This document shows, piece by piece, positions 1 to 13,986 of a DNA stretch of 64,000 bases. A program made the translations under genes and the position numbers. The notes below the pieces were generated by a model that had not been told where the DNA came from, did no database searches, and saw only the letters and a program-made list of their open reading frames with translations. This DNA comes from Eledone cirrhosa. Its lineage: Eukaryota. The stretch's first letter is position 1; each line of letters opens with the position of its first letter. The DNA lies in the NCBI GenBank assembly GCA_964016885.1, contig OZ024741.1, positions 391,220,001 through 391,284,000 on the forward strand, written 5' to 3'.

Positions 1-707
1 AGGCCCTCAAAAGGAAGTGGTTGAAACACCATATTTACAAGGAGGAGGCTAGCCCACTGTGCAGGATCTGTGGAGAGAGAGAGGAGACTGTGGCTCACAT
101 TGTATCCGAGTGTAAACACCTAGCCCAGACTCACTATAAGGGCTGGAGACATGATGTGATGGGCAGGGTGATCCACTTGCACCTATGCAACGTAAACAAT
201 TTACCACATTCTGAGAAGTGGTATGAGCATAAGCCAGAGGCGGTGATAGAAAACGATCAGGTGAAGTTGCTGTGGGATTTTAGGATACAGACGGACAAGA
301 AACTGGAACACAATAGACCTGACCTAGTGGTTGTGGATAAAGAAAAAAGATCGTGCCTGATTGTGGATGTGGCCTGCCCATTCGACACGAGAGTGCAAGA
401 GAAGGAGAGGGAGAAAATTAACCGATACCAGGACTTAAAGTGGGAGGTAAAAAGGATTTGGAACTGCCATAAGGTCAAAGTGATCCCGATTGTCATAGGC
501 GCACTAGGGACTATCTCAAAAAGTTTCTAGGGATGGATAAAGAAAATCGGCCCCTTCACGCTTTTTGGAACGCTTCAAAAGGCATGCTTGCTGGGAACAG
601 CAAGAACCTTCCGATACGTCCTGAATATCTGAGGCTGCAGGTAGTGGCTTGATATTCATTTCAACAAACTTTCCAGTTAACTAACATCAATGACTGAGAC
701 TCAAAGA
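1..707 (+). mobile_element. 3' end of R4/Dong-like RLE non-LTR retrotransposon (family A), running off the window edge
   Basis: ORF 21-530 has CRICG..ETVAHIVSEC zinc knuckle, RHD motif and RPDLVV..VDVACP..K restriction-like endonuclease; premature stop at 530; ends in TAA/TAC repeats; near-identical to 5586-6293. Confidence 0.9.
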
Positions 708-830
708 GTAATAACAACAATACTACTACTACTACTACTAATAATAATAATAATAAAAAGCCCCAGCACCACCACCGACATAGCCAACAACAATAACAGG
801 CAACTTCAGCAAAAAGTATATTATATTATT

Positions 831-880
831 GTAATGCACTGGGTAATTGCTGGCCTTGTGCCTGGAGTGGAGACAATTAT
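831..880 (+). mobile_element. 3' tail fragment of tRNA-derived SINE family 1
   Basis: gtaatgcactgggtaattgctggccttgtgcc..gacaattatt matches the tails of copies at 26781-26900 and 33163-33535. Confidence 0.7.
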
Positions 881-967
881 TAATAATTTCATTCTTAAGC
901 CACGCAATGCTCACATTAAGGAACCACTCATGATAATAGCAATTTAAAAAAACAACAAAAAAGAAAA

Positions 968-3900
968 CCCCGTGACCAAGAAATACCCGGATGGCGGCCG
1001 GCGGGGAATAGCCGTGTCTCTAGGGGAGAACGACCCCTCTAGTCTTGGTTGACACTCGTTCTAGAAGTGGTAACACGAAATGATTACCCCTTGACGGATA
1101 AGGATAAAACACGACAAAATAAAGTAAATGTCTAATGATAAAATCTCATACCGGATCGGCCGTCACCCGGGTAAAAAAGGGCCGCGTCCCTCAGAGAGGA
1201 ACCAGACTGGGGTCGAAAAATCAGCTAATGGTTCAAACCTTTCCATCACTTCGGAGCTGGAGACCTCCCATAACCGGAATACTCCTACTGTTGGCCCTCC
1301 ATGCTCACCACCAAGAAATCCAAAGAAAAAGAGAGAAAAATGGTCAAGGGAAGATAATAAAGAAGTCCTTGAGGCTTTCTACACTGCCATGTACTACCCA
1401 TCAAATACATCGAATACAGAACAGACATATATCAACTGTAAAAAGAAACATCCCGAAAACAGAGGCTATATTGACAGTAACAAACTAGCCAATATACGAA
1501 GAAATATTGTAAAAAAAAGTTACTAACTGATATAGAAATTGATTAGATCAAGCTATTAGCACAAAGTCAGCGAAGGGAAAATGAAACATGTGTCAGTGAA
1601 AACGAGGTAAATTGTAACACTTCGAATCCCAGGGTTGGGGCGGAATCACTGACAACAGAACAAATTAAAGAAAGGATCGAAAAAGTGGAGGGAGTGCATG
1701 CTCAAGATGAAACTCCAAATGAAAACAATGAGATCGTAAATGATAAAGAAATGAATGAGAATGAACTTGCCAACTTGAAGGATGAAATTATGATCGAATG
1801 GATGAAAATGAAAGAATCTGACATGGGGGAACGAGACACCCTCCCTAAGATCCAGAACTCCAAACAGAACCAAAAGATAATACACAAGACTAACATAATT
1901 CTCAAAAACATTATCATCACAAACAAACTAAACATTACTGATTTAAATCATCTCTATTATGCATCGGATAAAGTCACCACTCACTTATGTGGAGTGAAGA
2001 TGAAAAAAACAAAGGAATTCCCACAAGAAATCTACTTGGCAAGAGAACATCAATCGCCAAATAAACCTTCTCCGATCTGACATAGAAATTTTAAAAAACT
2101 ATAAAGTAGGTGAACATGTTAAACAAACTAAACTTAGAAAATTGAAAAGAAAGTACAGTATAAAACCAACAAGTGACATAGGCATGCTGATAGAAATAAT
2201 CAAGCAAAAAGTGTCGGCCAAAGCTGCTCGTATAAGGCGCTTTGAAAAACGATCTAGATTCTATAAGGACAATAATATGTTCAAAACCAACCAAAGAAAC
2301 TTCTACAGAAAAATTGGCAAGTCAACAATAACTGCTAAATCAATACCACCCAAGGAGGAAGTGCAAGAATTCTGGGAAAAGATCTGGACCGAAGAAAAAG
2401 TTCATAATATACATGCCCCATGGATAGACAGACAAATGAAAGATACAGCTGACCTTGAGGAACAAATATGGGAAAATATAACAGTTGAACAATTGCGTTT
2501 GGCTCTAAGAAAAACCAGCAAATGGAAATCCCCAGGAAAAGACAAAATACAAAATTTTCGGATAAATGCCTTCACAGAGTCTCATGAGCTGTTAGCCCAA
2601 CTTTACAATGAAATAGTTAAGGAGCCAGAAAAGATACCATCATGGCTAGTTAACGGCACTACATTCCTGCTTCCGAAGAAGGATGAGACAAACAATCCCA
2701 AAAATTACAGACCGATAACTTGCTTGACCACAATGTATAAAATTTTAACATCAGTCCTAACTGAATATACATATGACCACCTGATAACAAATGACCTATT
2801 TCCCATTGAGCAGAAAGGGTGTAAACGAGGCTCATATGGCTGTAAGGATCAGCTTTTGGTTAACAAAATGATACTGGAAGATTGTCATAATAGACACAAA
2901 AATCTATCGATTGCTTGGATAGATTATAAAAAAGCATTCGATAGTTTGCCACACAGTTGGATTGAAAAATGTTTAGAGATTTTCAAAATATCCCCCGTTG
3001 TCAGGAGGTTTTTGTCATTCAGCATGAAGACATGGAAAACGACACTCCTTTTGAATAGTGAAACAAAATCACTGGAAGCTGGAGAAGTTAATATTAATTG
3101 TGGAATTTTTCAGGGTGACTCTTTATCACCGCTTTTATTCTGCATCGCACTTATACCATTAAGTAAAATGCTCAATGAATCAAACATGGATATAAAGTCT
3201 ATGACAAAACCATTAATCACTTGTTCTACATGGATGACCTGAAACTATTTGCAAAAAATGATGAACAATTGCAAGGGCTATTATCCACTGTGGAGCAGTT
3301 CAGTGATGACATTAAAATGGAGTTTGGACTAGATAAATGCGCCAAAGCAACGTTCACCAGAGGAAAGCTGCTGAAAAGTTCAGACATTAATCTTGAGCGA
3401 GGGAATGTGATAAGAGAACTTGATCAAGAGGAAACTTACAAATATCTAGGTGTTTGTGAAGGAGACGGAATCAAGCACTCGACAATGAGGGAAAGGATAA
3501 GGAAGGAATGTTACCGCAGAGTAAGAGCAATCTTAAGAACGGAATTGAATGCAAGGAATAGGATCGATGCCATAAACACGCTTGCCATACCAGTAGTAAC
3601 CTACAGTTACAATGTCATCAACTGGTCAAGCACAGAGATCCGTAGGCTCGATACAAAAATTCGAAAATTCTTAACCATGCACAGAATGCATCACCCTAAG
3701 GCAGATACAGATAGCATATATCTCCCTAGGAAAGAAGGAGGACGTGGGTTAATCCAGTTAGATATTGCTTTGAAAACTGCAACAATTGGATTATCTTCAT
3801 ACCTAAGGGAATCACATGATTGGATGATCAAACTCGTTTTGAAACACGAAAGCATCAAAAGATCATACTCCATTACAAAAGATGCACAAAGATACAGTAA

Positions 3901-4920
3901 TGGACTACACATTTCAGAAGTCCCATTTACTGCTGAAATGGAAAACACAGAAAAAGCAAAGCAGGTAAAAGTAACTGCAAAGAAAGAACTGCTACAGAAA
4001 CTGGCTAAGAAATGGCAAGAAAAGCCTCTGTATGGAAAATACCCAGAGCGAGCTAACAATCCTGATGTTGATAAAACTTTAACCCATCAGTGGTTGGCAT
4101 CCTCTGGACTGAAATCGGAGACTGAAGGACTGATTATATCAGCACAAGATCAGTGTCTGCCAACAAAAAATTACCAAGCCAACATAATAAAAAATGGATG
4201 CAACCCATTATGCCGTGTATGTAAAAAACAACCAGAGACCATTGATCATATAATTTCAATGTGCAGTCCTATAGCTCCAACCGAATACCTAAACAGGCAT
4301 GACAGAGCTGCACAATACATACATTGGATAATGTGTAAGCATTTTGACCTGCCCCATCAAAAGAATTGGTGGGCGCATCAACCACCTCCCATATTTGAAA
4401 AATATCACATCTCAATCTTGTGGAACTTTAGCATCCAAACAGACCGAAAAATAGATGCAAATAGACCTGATATAATACTGAAGGACTTTAAAAAGAGGGT
4501 ATGCCTGCTAATTGATATGTCCGTTCCAATAGACAAGAATGTATCTATAAAAACATTTGAAAAATTGAGCAAGTATAAGGACCTGGAGATAGAAATTGGA
4601 AAAATGTGGAAATTGAGAACTAAAGCAATACCAGTGGTTATAGGCGCTCTAGGAATGATACTTAAGGGGTCTAATGACTACTTATTGCAAATTCCAGGAA
4701 ACCCACGTATAGGAGAAATACAAAAGATAGTACTAATGGGAACTGCCCATATACTAAGGAAGATTCTTTCAATATAAGTACATCACAAGTCTAAACACCT
4801 AAAGATGCATGTGTGTGTATGTATGTTCTTTCTTGAACATGGCGGACCTTGTTGTCTCTTGAGGTCACTGGTTGCGACTTGGTGATAACTCGTATGAACA
4901 TAAAGCAAGATAAATGCAAC
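968..4920 (+). mobile_element. Near full-length R4/Dong-like non-LTR retrotransposon (family B), frameshifted
   Basis: ORF pieces 1128-1526 (KWSREDNKEV, Myb-like), 1685-2080, 2142-3242 (RT: KSPGKD, NYRPITCL, WIDYKKAFDS, GIFQGDSLSP), 3221-4777 (YMDD, GGRGL, CRVC..H..C, RHD, RPD..IDMSVP); 3' UTR followed by (TAA)n at 4921-4974. Confidence 0.93.
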
Positions 4921-4976
<56 letters not shown>

Positions 4977-4977
4977 T

Positions 4978-5237
4978 GTTTTCTTTATTAACCACAAGGG
5001 TTCACATAAAGTAGACATTAAGGACAGTACAAGACAATACAGGACGGTACAAATGGGCATTTCTGCGTGTAAAAAAAAAGAGGTTGAAATAAAATAACAA
5101 AGAAAAATTCCCCAATAGGGGGGAGTCTTCCAAGGGACATTTGTGGAGAAAGCCCATTAAAAGACCACAGTGGCCCTGACCACCAGGGCAAGTGCCCTCT
5201 CCCAGTTTTCCACCTTTAATTTACAGACACATACTCA
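4978..5237 (-). mobile_element. 5'-truncated 3' end of the Tx1-like element
   Basis: Reverse complement matches about 32551-32812 almost base for base; (TAA)n on both sides. Confidence 0.92.
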
Positions 5238-5275
5238 TAATAATAATAATAATGATAATAATAATAATAATATTA

Positions 5276-6293
5276 AGGAGATCTGAAGGTGGAAGAGGTC
5301 TTATCAGCATAGAGGACTGTGTTCAGATGGAGAAAAACAACCTACACAAATACGTGACTGATAGTAAGGAGCCAATGCTCAGAATTGTACTGAAGGAGAG
5401 GACAATAGACCAGGGGATGTCCAAGGAGGAAATAACATCAAGGAGAAAGAGCAGCCTTCAGGAAAAATCCCTTCATAGTACCTTCTTTGAGAAAACTGAA
5501 TTCAGAGATCCACAGACATGGAACTGGTTGAAAAGAGGAGACCTTAAAAAGGCTACAGAAGGAATGCTAATGGCTGCGCAGGAGCAGGCCCTCAAAACGA
5601 AGTGGTTGAAACACCATATTTACAAGGAGGAAGCTAGCTCACTGTGCAGGATCTGTGGAGAGAGAGAGGAGACTGTGGCTCACATTGTATCCGAGTGTAA
5701 ACACCTAGCCCAGACTCACTATACAGGCTGGAGACATGATGTGATGGGCAGGGTGATCCACTGGCACCTATGCAAAGTAAACAATTTACCACATTCTGAG
5801 AAGTGGTATGAGCATAAGCCAGAGTCGGTGATAGAAAACGATCAGGTGAAGGTGCTGTGGGATTTTAGGATACAGACGGACAAGAAACTGGAACACAATA
5901 GACCTGACCTGGTGGTTTTGGACAAGGAAAAAAGATCGTGCCTGATTGTGGATGTGGCCTGCCCATTCGACACGAGAGTGCAAGAGAAGGAGAGGGAGAA
6001 AATTAACCGATACCAGGACTTAAAGTGGGAGGTAAAAAGGATTTGGAACTGCCATGAGGTCAAAGTGGTCCCGATTGTCATAGGCGCACTAGGTACTATC
6101 TCAAAAAGTTTGCAGGGATGGTTAAAGAAAATTGGCCCATTCACGCTTTTTGGAACGCTTCAAAAGGCATGCTTGCTGGGAACAGCAAGAACCCTCCGTT
6201 ACGTCCTGAATATCTGAGGCTGCAGGTAGTGGCTTGGTATTCATTTCAACAAACTTTCCAGTTAACTAACATCAATGACTGAGACTCAAAGAA
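5276..6293 (+). mobile_element. 5'-truncated R4/Dong-like element (family A)
   Basis: Open frame from EGGRGL through CCHC, RHD and RPD..D..K endonuclease to stop at 6217; (TAA)n at both ends. Confidence 0.92.
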
Positions 6294-6330
6294 CAATAAT
6301 AATAATAATAATAATAACAATAACAATAAC

Positions 6331-7370
6331 AGCAAGGGAAATCCGAAACACCAAGGAAAGCTTAAAACAGCAAATACTGGCAAAGGCACAAAGAATCCAG
6401 AGATATGAAAAGTGTCAAAAGCCTTTTCAACAAAATCAGCTGTTTCACTCGAACCCAAAATGATTCTACCAAGAACTTAATAGAAACAAAATAGAAGTTC
6501 ATGTAGCCCCGAAAGTAAAAGAAGTGGAAGTGTTCTGGAGAAGAATATGGGTAGAAGGAGAAAAGAAATTACCATGCACAAAACTAGCAAGAACAGCAAA
6601 CACAGCAGACAAATAACTATGGGAGGATATTTATAGCAGATGATGTGTCAGTTACACTGAGAAGGGAAAGAAACTGGAAGACACCAGGACATGACAAGAC
6701 CCTAAACTTCTGGTTAAAATATTTAACAGGTACACATGATATGCTTGCAAAGGAATCTTATGAAATTCTGATAGAACCAGAAAAAAACACCTGGCTGGCT
6801 CACTAAGGAAAAGAACTACCCTGATCCCCCAAAATGACACAGCAAACCCCAAAAATTACTGGCCCATAACATGCTTGCCTACTACATAGAAAACCTTAAC
6901 TTCAATACAATCACAGAAAATATCCAAACACCTGGAAAAAAACAACCTGCTCCCAGAAGAACAAAGGATGCCGCAGAGGCTGATATGGATGCAAAGACCA
7001 GTTGTTAATAAATAAAGCCATAACTGTAAAAAAAAAACAAGCAAACAAAAAAAGCTCAGCATGGCTTGGATTGATTACTAAAATGTGTTTGACAGTATTC
7101 CCCATTCATGGATACTCAACACACTAGCCATGAATAGGGTATCAACAAAAATAACAACATTTATCAAACATGCCATGAGTAAATGGCAAACAATTCTGCT
7201 GATACAAACAAAAGACAAAACAATAAAAACAGAGTATATCCCAATCAACAGAGGCATATTTCAAGGAAACTCCCTATCACCACTGCTTTTCTGCCTAGCA
7301 TTAATACCATTATCTGAAACACTAAACAGAACTGGGCTAAGATATAAATGCTATAATGGGAAAATTTACC
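6331..7370 (+). pseudogene. Degraded R4/Dong-like RT fragment
   Basis: Broken frames with QQILAKAQRIQRYEK, PITCL, FDSIPHSWI, GIFQGNSLSPLLFCLAL; begins at a TAA/CAA array. Confidence 0.85.
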
Positions 7371-7396
7371 CGACGCTGTCATTGACGACATTTTCC

Positions 7397-7697
<301 letters not shown>

Positions 7698-7774
7698 CAT
7701 ATATATATATATATATATATATTGAGTACTTTGGTGCGTTATGGTCCACCTGGTTCCTTACCACATTTCCTTCG

Positions 7775-7833
<59 letters not shown>

Positions 7834-8156
7834 TATTACTTGGGCATTCCACTGAAGAGTTATAAGAGCCCACTTGCATGGGAATCTATTGATCTTATGC
7901 AAGCTTCTACATAACTTGGACACTTTTCTCCCACTTTGTAGAAATCTTATAATGAAACGATCGTATGGAGAATGAGATTTATTTAATTATGTCTCATATA
8001 AAATAATACACCCGATTATCCACACAATACAATATAGTTAGCACCCCAAACGTATAATTGGGAATATACTTACGTATTTCCTAATGTTTGTTGAGTGAGT
8101 TGGAAGTTGGTCGGAGTATCGCTAATAGCTTTCTCTGTTAATGTATTAAGTATATA

Positions 8157-8195
<39 letters not shown>

Positions 8196-8349
8196 TAATA
8201 TATATTAGTCTGTTAGTTGGGATTTTCTTTTAATCCCAAACAGACTAATTCTATTTAGTTAAATACGACGTAAGCACATATTCCTACCTAATTTTCAAAT
8301 TCGCTAGCTGCTTATAAACAAAGCCTGCTGTGTGTCTCCCTATATATAT

Positions 8350-8930
8350 ATTCTCTGCAGCCGAGATGCTGACTTCGAGACTCAGGCCCTGTCTCTGGTC
8401 AGCCGCCCTCACTCACGCTCGCGCAGTCCACATCCCCACCGCCCTCACCCCACTCACTGCACCCACACCCACCGTCTCCCCTTCCCTACCATCCCTCCAC
8501 CCTACCCTTCCACCGCACCAACCTCCACCTCTTCCAACACTTCCAGTCCGACCCTTCCACCTCCGCCATCTTCCCATCCCCACCCTCCCCTCCTTCAAAC
8601 GCGCGTGCAACCTCCGCTCCCTTCTCGTCCGCAGCTCCCTACCACCACCTTCCAGGGTCCCAACGGCCACTCTCTCTCTGTCCGGCATGCCTTCCGCTGC
8701 ACCTCCTCCAGCCTCATCTATGGACTTCGCTGCAAGGAGTGTAGCGCAACCTACGTCGGTCAGACCGGACGTCGCCTGGCGGACCGTTTCGTCTCGGCGG
8801 GAGTTCCCCCATCGCCCACCACTTTGGTTCCCTTGGACATTCCCCCAACCACCTCACCGTCTGTGGCCTGATCCAATGCCATGGGATCCCCGCCACCCGC
8901 CTTACGGTCAATTGACTTATGTTTCGTCAC
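8350..8930 (+). mobile_element. Penelope-like element fragment (GIY-YIG region)
   Basis: PTLPSFKRACNLRSLLVRS and FRCTSSSLIYGLRCKECSATYVGQTGRRLADRF; bounded by TA runs. Confidence 0.85.
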
Positions 8931-9020
<90 letters not shown>

Positions 9021-9327
9021 GTGTGTATGTATGTGTGTATATGTATGTATATATAACTATATATGTGTGAATGGATATGCATGTGTAAATATATGGGTAT
9101 GTATGAACTAGAATATGTAAATGGCTGTATGTATGTTTATATGTAGGGAAGTAAATATGTAAGCGAGCATGATCCCCCCCCCCTTTATTTACTGCTATAT
9201 ATATTTCGATGATAGCCATTGAATGGTTATGACCTCATCAGGCAGTTAGTCAGTTCTTAGGTTCTTAGATATGCCAGCTCTGTGTGTATAGTGTTGATGG
9301 TATCAGAGCCTTATATATATATACATA

Positions 9328-9363
<36 letters not shown>

Positions 9364-9408
9364 TGTATGTATGTATGTATGTATGTATGTATGTATGTAT
9401 GTATGTAT

Positions 9409-9654
9409 GCTCACTATAAAAGCTTCACGGCACAGGCATTGCTTTATATCTGGAGATCTCTCTGCACTTGTCGTCACATGGTACCAAGGGCCCAGCACTA
9501 TGTGTCAATAATTGTCACAAATGTAGTCTTTGTACCAGAGTTTTCAAGTCGCTGGCTGGACTAAAATGTCACACTTGTTCAGCGCATCGGTAGGGGTTCC
9601 CCTACATGGATATAAAGTAGTGGCCGTACTCGAAAACGAGTTGGCAGCCACCAT
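9409..9654 (+). mobile_element. 3' part of non-autonomous RTE-derived element (subfamily 1)
   Basis: Matches 11925-12167; ends gtggccgtactcgaaaacgagttggcagccacc followed by microsatellite. Confidence 0.75.
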
Positions 9655-10050
9655 ATGTGTATATATATATATGTGTGTGTGTATATATGTGTGTGTGTAT
9701 ATGTGTATATATATACATGTGTGTGTATATATGTGTGTGTGTATATATATATGCGTGTGTGTATATATGTATGTGTGTATATATATGTATTTGTATATGT
9801 GTATATATGTATGTGTGTGTGTATATGTGTGTATATATGTGTGTATATATATATGTATGTGTGTGTATATATATATGTATGTGTGTATATATGTATGTGT
9901 GTGTATATATATATGTATGTGTGTATATATATATGTATGTGTGTATATATGTGTATATGTGTATGTGTGTATATGTATGTATGTGTGTATATATATATAT
10001 GTGTGTGTGTGTATATATATATATATATGTATATGTATATATGTGTGTAT

Positions 10051-10084
<34 letters not shown>

Positions 10085-10472
10085 GTGTGTGTAGATGAAT
10101 GTGTATATGTATGTGTATGTATATATATATATGTATGTGTATGTATATAATATGTATGTGTGTATATATATATGTCTGTGCATATATGTGTGTGTATATA
10201 TATATGTATATGGGTGTGTATATATATATGTATATGAGTGTGTATATATATGTATATGAGTGTGTATATATATATGTATGTATATATATATATGTATATG
10301 AGTGTGTATATATATATATGTATATGAGTGTGTATATATATATGTATATGAGTGTGTATATATATATATGTATGAGTGTGTATATATATATATGTATGTG
10401 TGTGTATATATATATATGTATATGTGTGTGTATATATGTGTATATATGTGTGTATATATATATATGTATATA

Positions 10473-10507
<35 letters not shown>

Positions 10508-10640
10508 GTATATGTGTGTATATGTGTGTGTATGTATATATGTGTGTATATATATAAGTATATATGTGTGTATATATATATATGTATATATGTGTGTATA
10601 TATATATATGTATATATGTGTATATGTATATATGTGTGTA
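9655..10640. repeat. Compound (TA)/(TG) microsatellite, about 1 kb
   Basis: Continuous alternating pyrimidine-purine tract; a similar tract lies at 11115-11680. Confidence 0.97.
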
Positions 10641-11115
10641 AGACTACACTTGTGACCATTATTGACACATAGTGTAGGGCCCATGGTACCATGTGATGAC
10701 AAGTGCAGAGAGATCTCCAGATATAAAGCAATGCCTGTGCTGTGAAGCTTTTATAGTGAGCAAAGGCACTGCACAAAGCCAGTCCCACTCTCTTAACCAA
10801 GATGATATTTACCAAAAAGAAGAACAAGTCAACATCATTGGATACCATCAGGGTTGCAGGTGTTATATCAGAGTTTTCCTTCTCCTAGAATTCTGCCTTG
10901 ACAAAGGCTAAGGGGTCATCTCTCCCGGTGATTTTGGATGGCTATTGAGTCTTAAGAGCTCCCTTGCCTTTTGACAGGTTTTGTTTTTAGTCCTGCAGGA
11001 TGTCCAAAGTCACCCTCCTCACCAAGAAACCTTGGTGGGGTTGCCAGTTTAGTCGCCAACGACCCGACCATGAGACAGGTTGTACTGGGATACATGTTAC
11101 CAGTAGCACCAACTG
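10641..11115 (-). mobile_element. 5' part of non-autonomous RTE-derived element (subfamily 1)
   Basis: Reverse complement of 11681-12041 plus extra 5' sequence homologous to 16405-16510. Confidence 0.75.
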
Positions 11116-11680
11116 TGTATATATGTATATGTGTGTATATATATATATATATGTATATGTGTGTGTGTATATATATATGTGTATATATATGTATATGTGT
11201 GTATATATGTGCGTATATATATGTATATATGTGTATATATGTGTATATATATGTGTATATATATGTATATATGTGTGTATATATATGTATATATGTGTGT
11301 ATATATATGTATATATGTATATATGTGTGTATATATGTGTATATATATATGTATATATGTGTGTATATATATGTATGTGTGTGTATATATATGTATATAT
11401 GTGTGTATATATGTGTATATATATATATGTATATGTGTGTGTGTATATATGTGTATATATATATGTATGTGTGTATATATATATGTATATATGTGTATAT
11501 ATATATATATGTATATGTGTGTGTATATATATATGTATATGTGTGTAGATATGTATGTATGTGTATATATGTATGTGTGTGTATATATATATGTATGTGT
11601 ATGTATATATATGTATGTGTGTGTATATATATATATATGTATGTGTGTGTATATATATATGTATGTGTGTATATATATAT

Positions 11681-12167
11681 GGACATCCTGCAGGACTAAA
11701 AACAAAACCTGTCAAAGGGCAAGGGAGCTCTTAAGAGTCAATGGCCATCCAAAATCACCGGGAGAGATGACCCCTTAGCCTTTGTCAAGGCAGAATTCTA
11801 GGAGAAGGAAAACTCTGATATAACACCTGCAACCCTGATGGTATCCAATGATGTTGACTTGTTCTTCTTTTTGGTAAATATCATCTTGGTTAAGAGAGTG
11901 GGACTGGCTTTGTGCAGTACCTTTGCTCACTATAAAAGCTTCACGGCACAGGCATTGCTTTGTATCTGGAGATCTCTCTGCACTTGTCGTCACATGGTAC
12001 CATGGGCCCTGCACTGTGTCAATAATTGTCACAAGTGCAGTGTTTGTACCAGAGTTTTCAAGTCGCTGGCTGGACTAAAAAGTCACACTCGTTCAGCCCA
12101 TCGGTAGGGGTTCTCCTACATGGATATAAAGTAGTGGCCGTACTCGAAAACGAGTTGGCAGCCACCA
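11681..12167 (+). mobile_element. Non-autonomous RTE-derived element (subfamily 1), 5'-truncated, with (ATGT)n tail
   Basis: Retains terminal C2H2-like HKCSVCTRVFKSLAGLKSHTRSAHR, short 3' UTR and tandem-repeat tail typical of RTE LINEs; no RT. Confidence 0.75.
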
Positions 12168-12199
12168 TGTATGTATGTATGCATGTATGCATGCATGCA

Positions 12200-12258
<59 letters not shown>

Positions 12259-12260
<2 letters not shown>

Positions 12261-12450
12261 CTAAGGAAGTGTGGTAAAAACCAGGTGGACCATAACGCAC
12301 CAGAGTACTCGATACTTTGGGTAGTAGAGTGGGTAATAGGAAAAGGTTCATGACCCGAACGGCAGAGCTCAAGCCGTTTCGACGGCTATTTCTGGACTAA
12401 ATTGTTAGCGTGGCAATGATATAGCCGAACTTTTCAAGGGACAATTCCAT
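12259..12450 (-). mobile_element. Terminal repeat of a recurrent Penelope-like family with a degenerate hammerhead (12354-12440)
   Basis: Same sequence at 7721-7776, 14636-14812, 52004-52142, 53934-54075 and 55031-55290, always ending at (TA)n; minus strand reads ccc TTGAAAA..cggctat..atagccg..GAAAC ggc..gcc GT..ggg. Confidence 0.65.
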
Positions 12451-13587
12451 ATATGGGCATGCGATAATCATGCATATCTGAAGGTTGTAATCAAGAGAAT
12501 TGATCTAAGTTTCTTGTAAACACAATTAAATCTTGGATGGCAGTGGGTAGGGGAGGTGGTGGCTGAACTTGCCTGTAGAACAATGAGGGTGTGGGTTAAG
12601 CCGGTCAAGCGTTGAAAGTAAGTTCTATACAGCAGATTCTAAGGAGTGTGGATGAACTAGGCTAGTTAGAAATCAGGCGTAAATAGAATTATACAGGAAT
12701 CTGAAAATGGGAAATTATAAATTAAAAGGTTAAAAAAACTAGAGTCTAAAACAGCTGCTATATTTTTATATATATCCAGAGAGTGTAACTTGGAGTTACT
12801 GTAAGTTCACATCCACAACCATCAACATCACCAATACTTTGCCCACCCAGACATTCGCCTAGGTGTCATTGACTAACCCTACATCGAACTCGACATAGCT
12901 ATACTCACCAATACCTTACCACAACATCCCTCATTTCAGTACCATTGTTTTTTTTCTGTGATTTCTGTCAGTTTTTAACTTGTAATCCATCGTAACATTC
13001 GATCCTGTAAATATCATGTCGCACCCATCACCCCCACCCCCACCACCAAGCACATCGCCATATTTCTACAACCATCAACACCACCAACACATACCACGCC
13101 TATCATCCCTCCCTAAACATCGCATGTGTGTGTGTCTGTGTGTAAGTATGTTTATACAACCGCCATCCTCACTGGCTATATATATACACATGTGTATCTA
13201 TATAATATATTTATCAGGCTACGTGTGTATATGTGTATCTCCTTATAGAATGAGCCCCCTTAACAATCCACCACCACAAATATCACTCCACCATAAACAC
13301 CGCAACCTTTAATCCTTATTATAAACAACACCACACCCACATCACACACAAAAATCAGCCACATCTACATGCTAAACTGTCTACCGACAACCAGCACCCC
13401 CACACCGCCGCTCACTTCAACCTACGACCGGCACCACCAACTTATCACCCCCTCCCCCACATACACTACAGGTAAAAACATCCCTATGAATTAATCCACC
13501 AATCAAAACAAACTTTACTGACCACCATAGGAACATCTGACTTTATTATACGGCATGTATATTCATTTTTCCATTACCATTACAAGG

Positions 13588-13672
13588 GGTCTGACGAACC
13601 GCGGATTACAGAGTCGGGTCAGATCGATACAGATCAAACCTTGAGCTGATCAGTGGCGAAACGCGCGTCACC
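13588..13672 (+). ncRNA. Type I hammerhead ribozyme with extended helix II
   Basis: ggt CTGACGA [ccgcggatt..gatcagtgg] GAAAC gcgc GTC acc; followed by AATAAA and (TA)n; partial inverted copy at 17670-17780. Confidence 0.75.
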
Positions 13673-13721
13673 AACCAATAAACGTAATGAAGGAGTAACC
13701 AATCGTCCTTGTTATTTTATT

Positions 13722-13821
<100 letters not shown>

Positions 13822-13986
13822 ATATATTTAGAAACACACAGATACATGCGGACACACACATATATACATGAATGCATCCGCACCCAACTGTGAGTTAAGG
13901 GTGCCAACTTCACCGATGTTGCTCAATGAATGACTGGGACAGACCAATTCAGTTGAACTAGACTGAACCAGTATCAGAGTTAAAAA

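Noticed and set aside
9530-11778. Many long YI/HT/CV-rich ORFs (also 33995-35203 and 58390-59205)
   Set aside because: Translations of TA/TG/CA microsatellites
12026-12107. C2H2 zinc-finger host gene exon
   Set aside because: Single finger inside a multi-copy element directly before an RTE-type 3' end and tail
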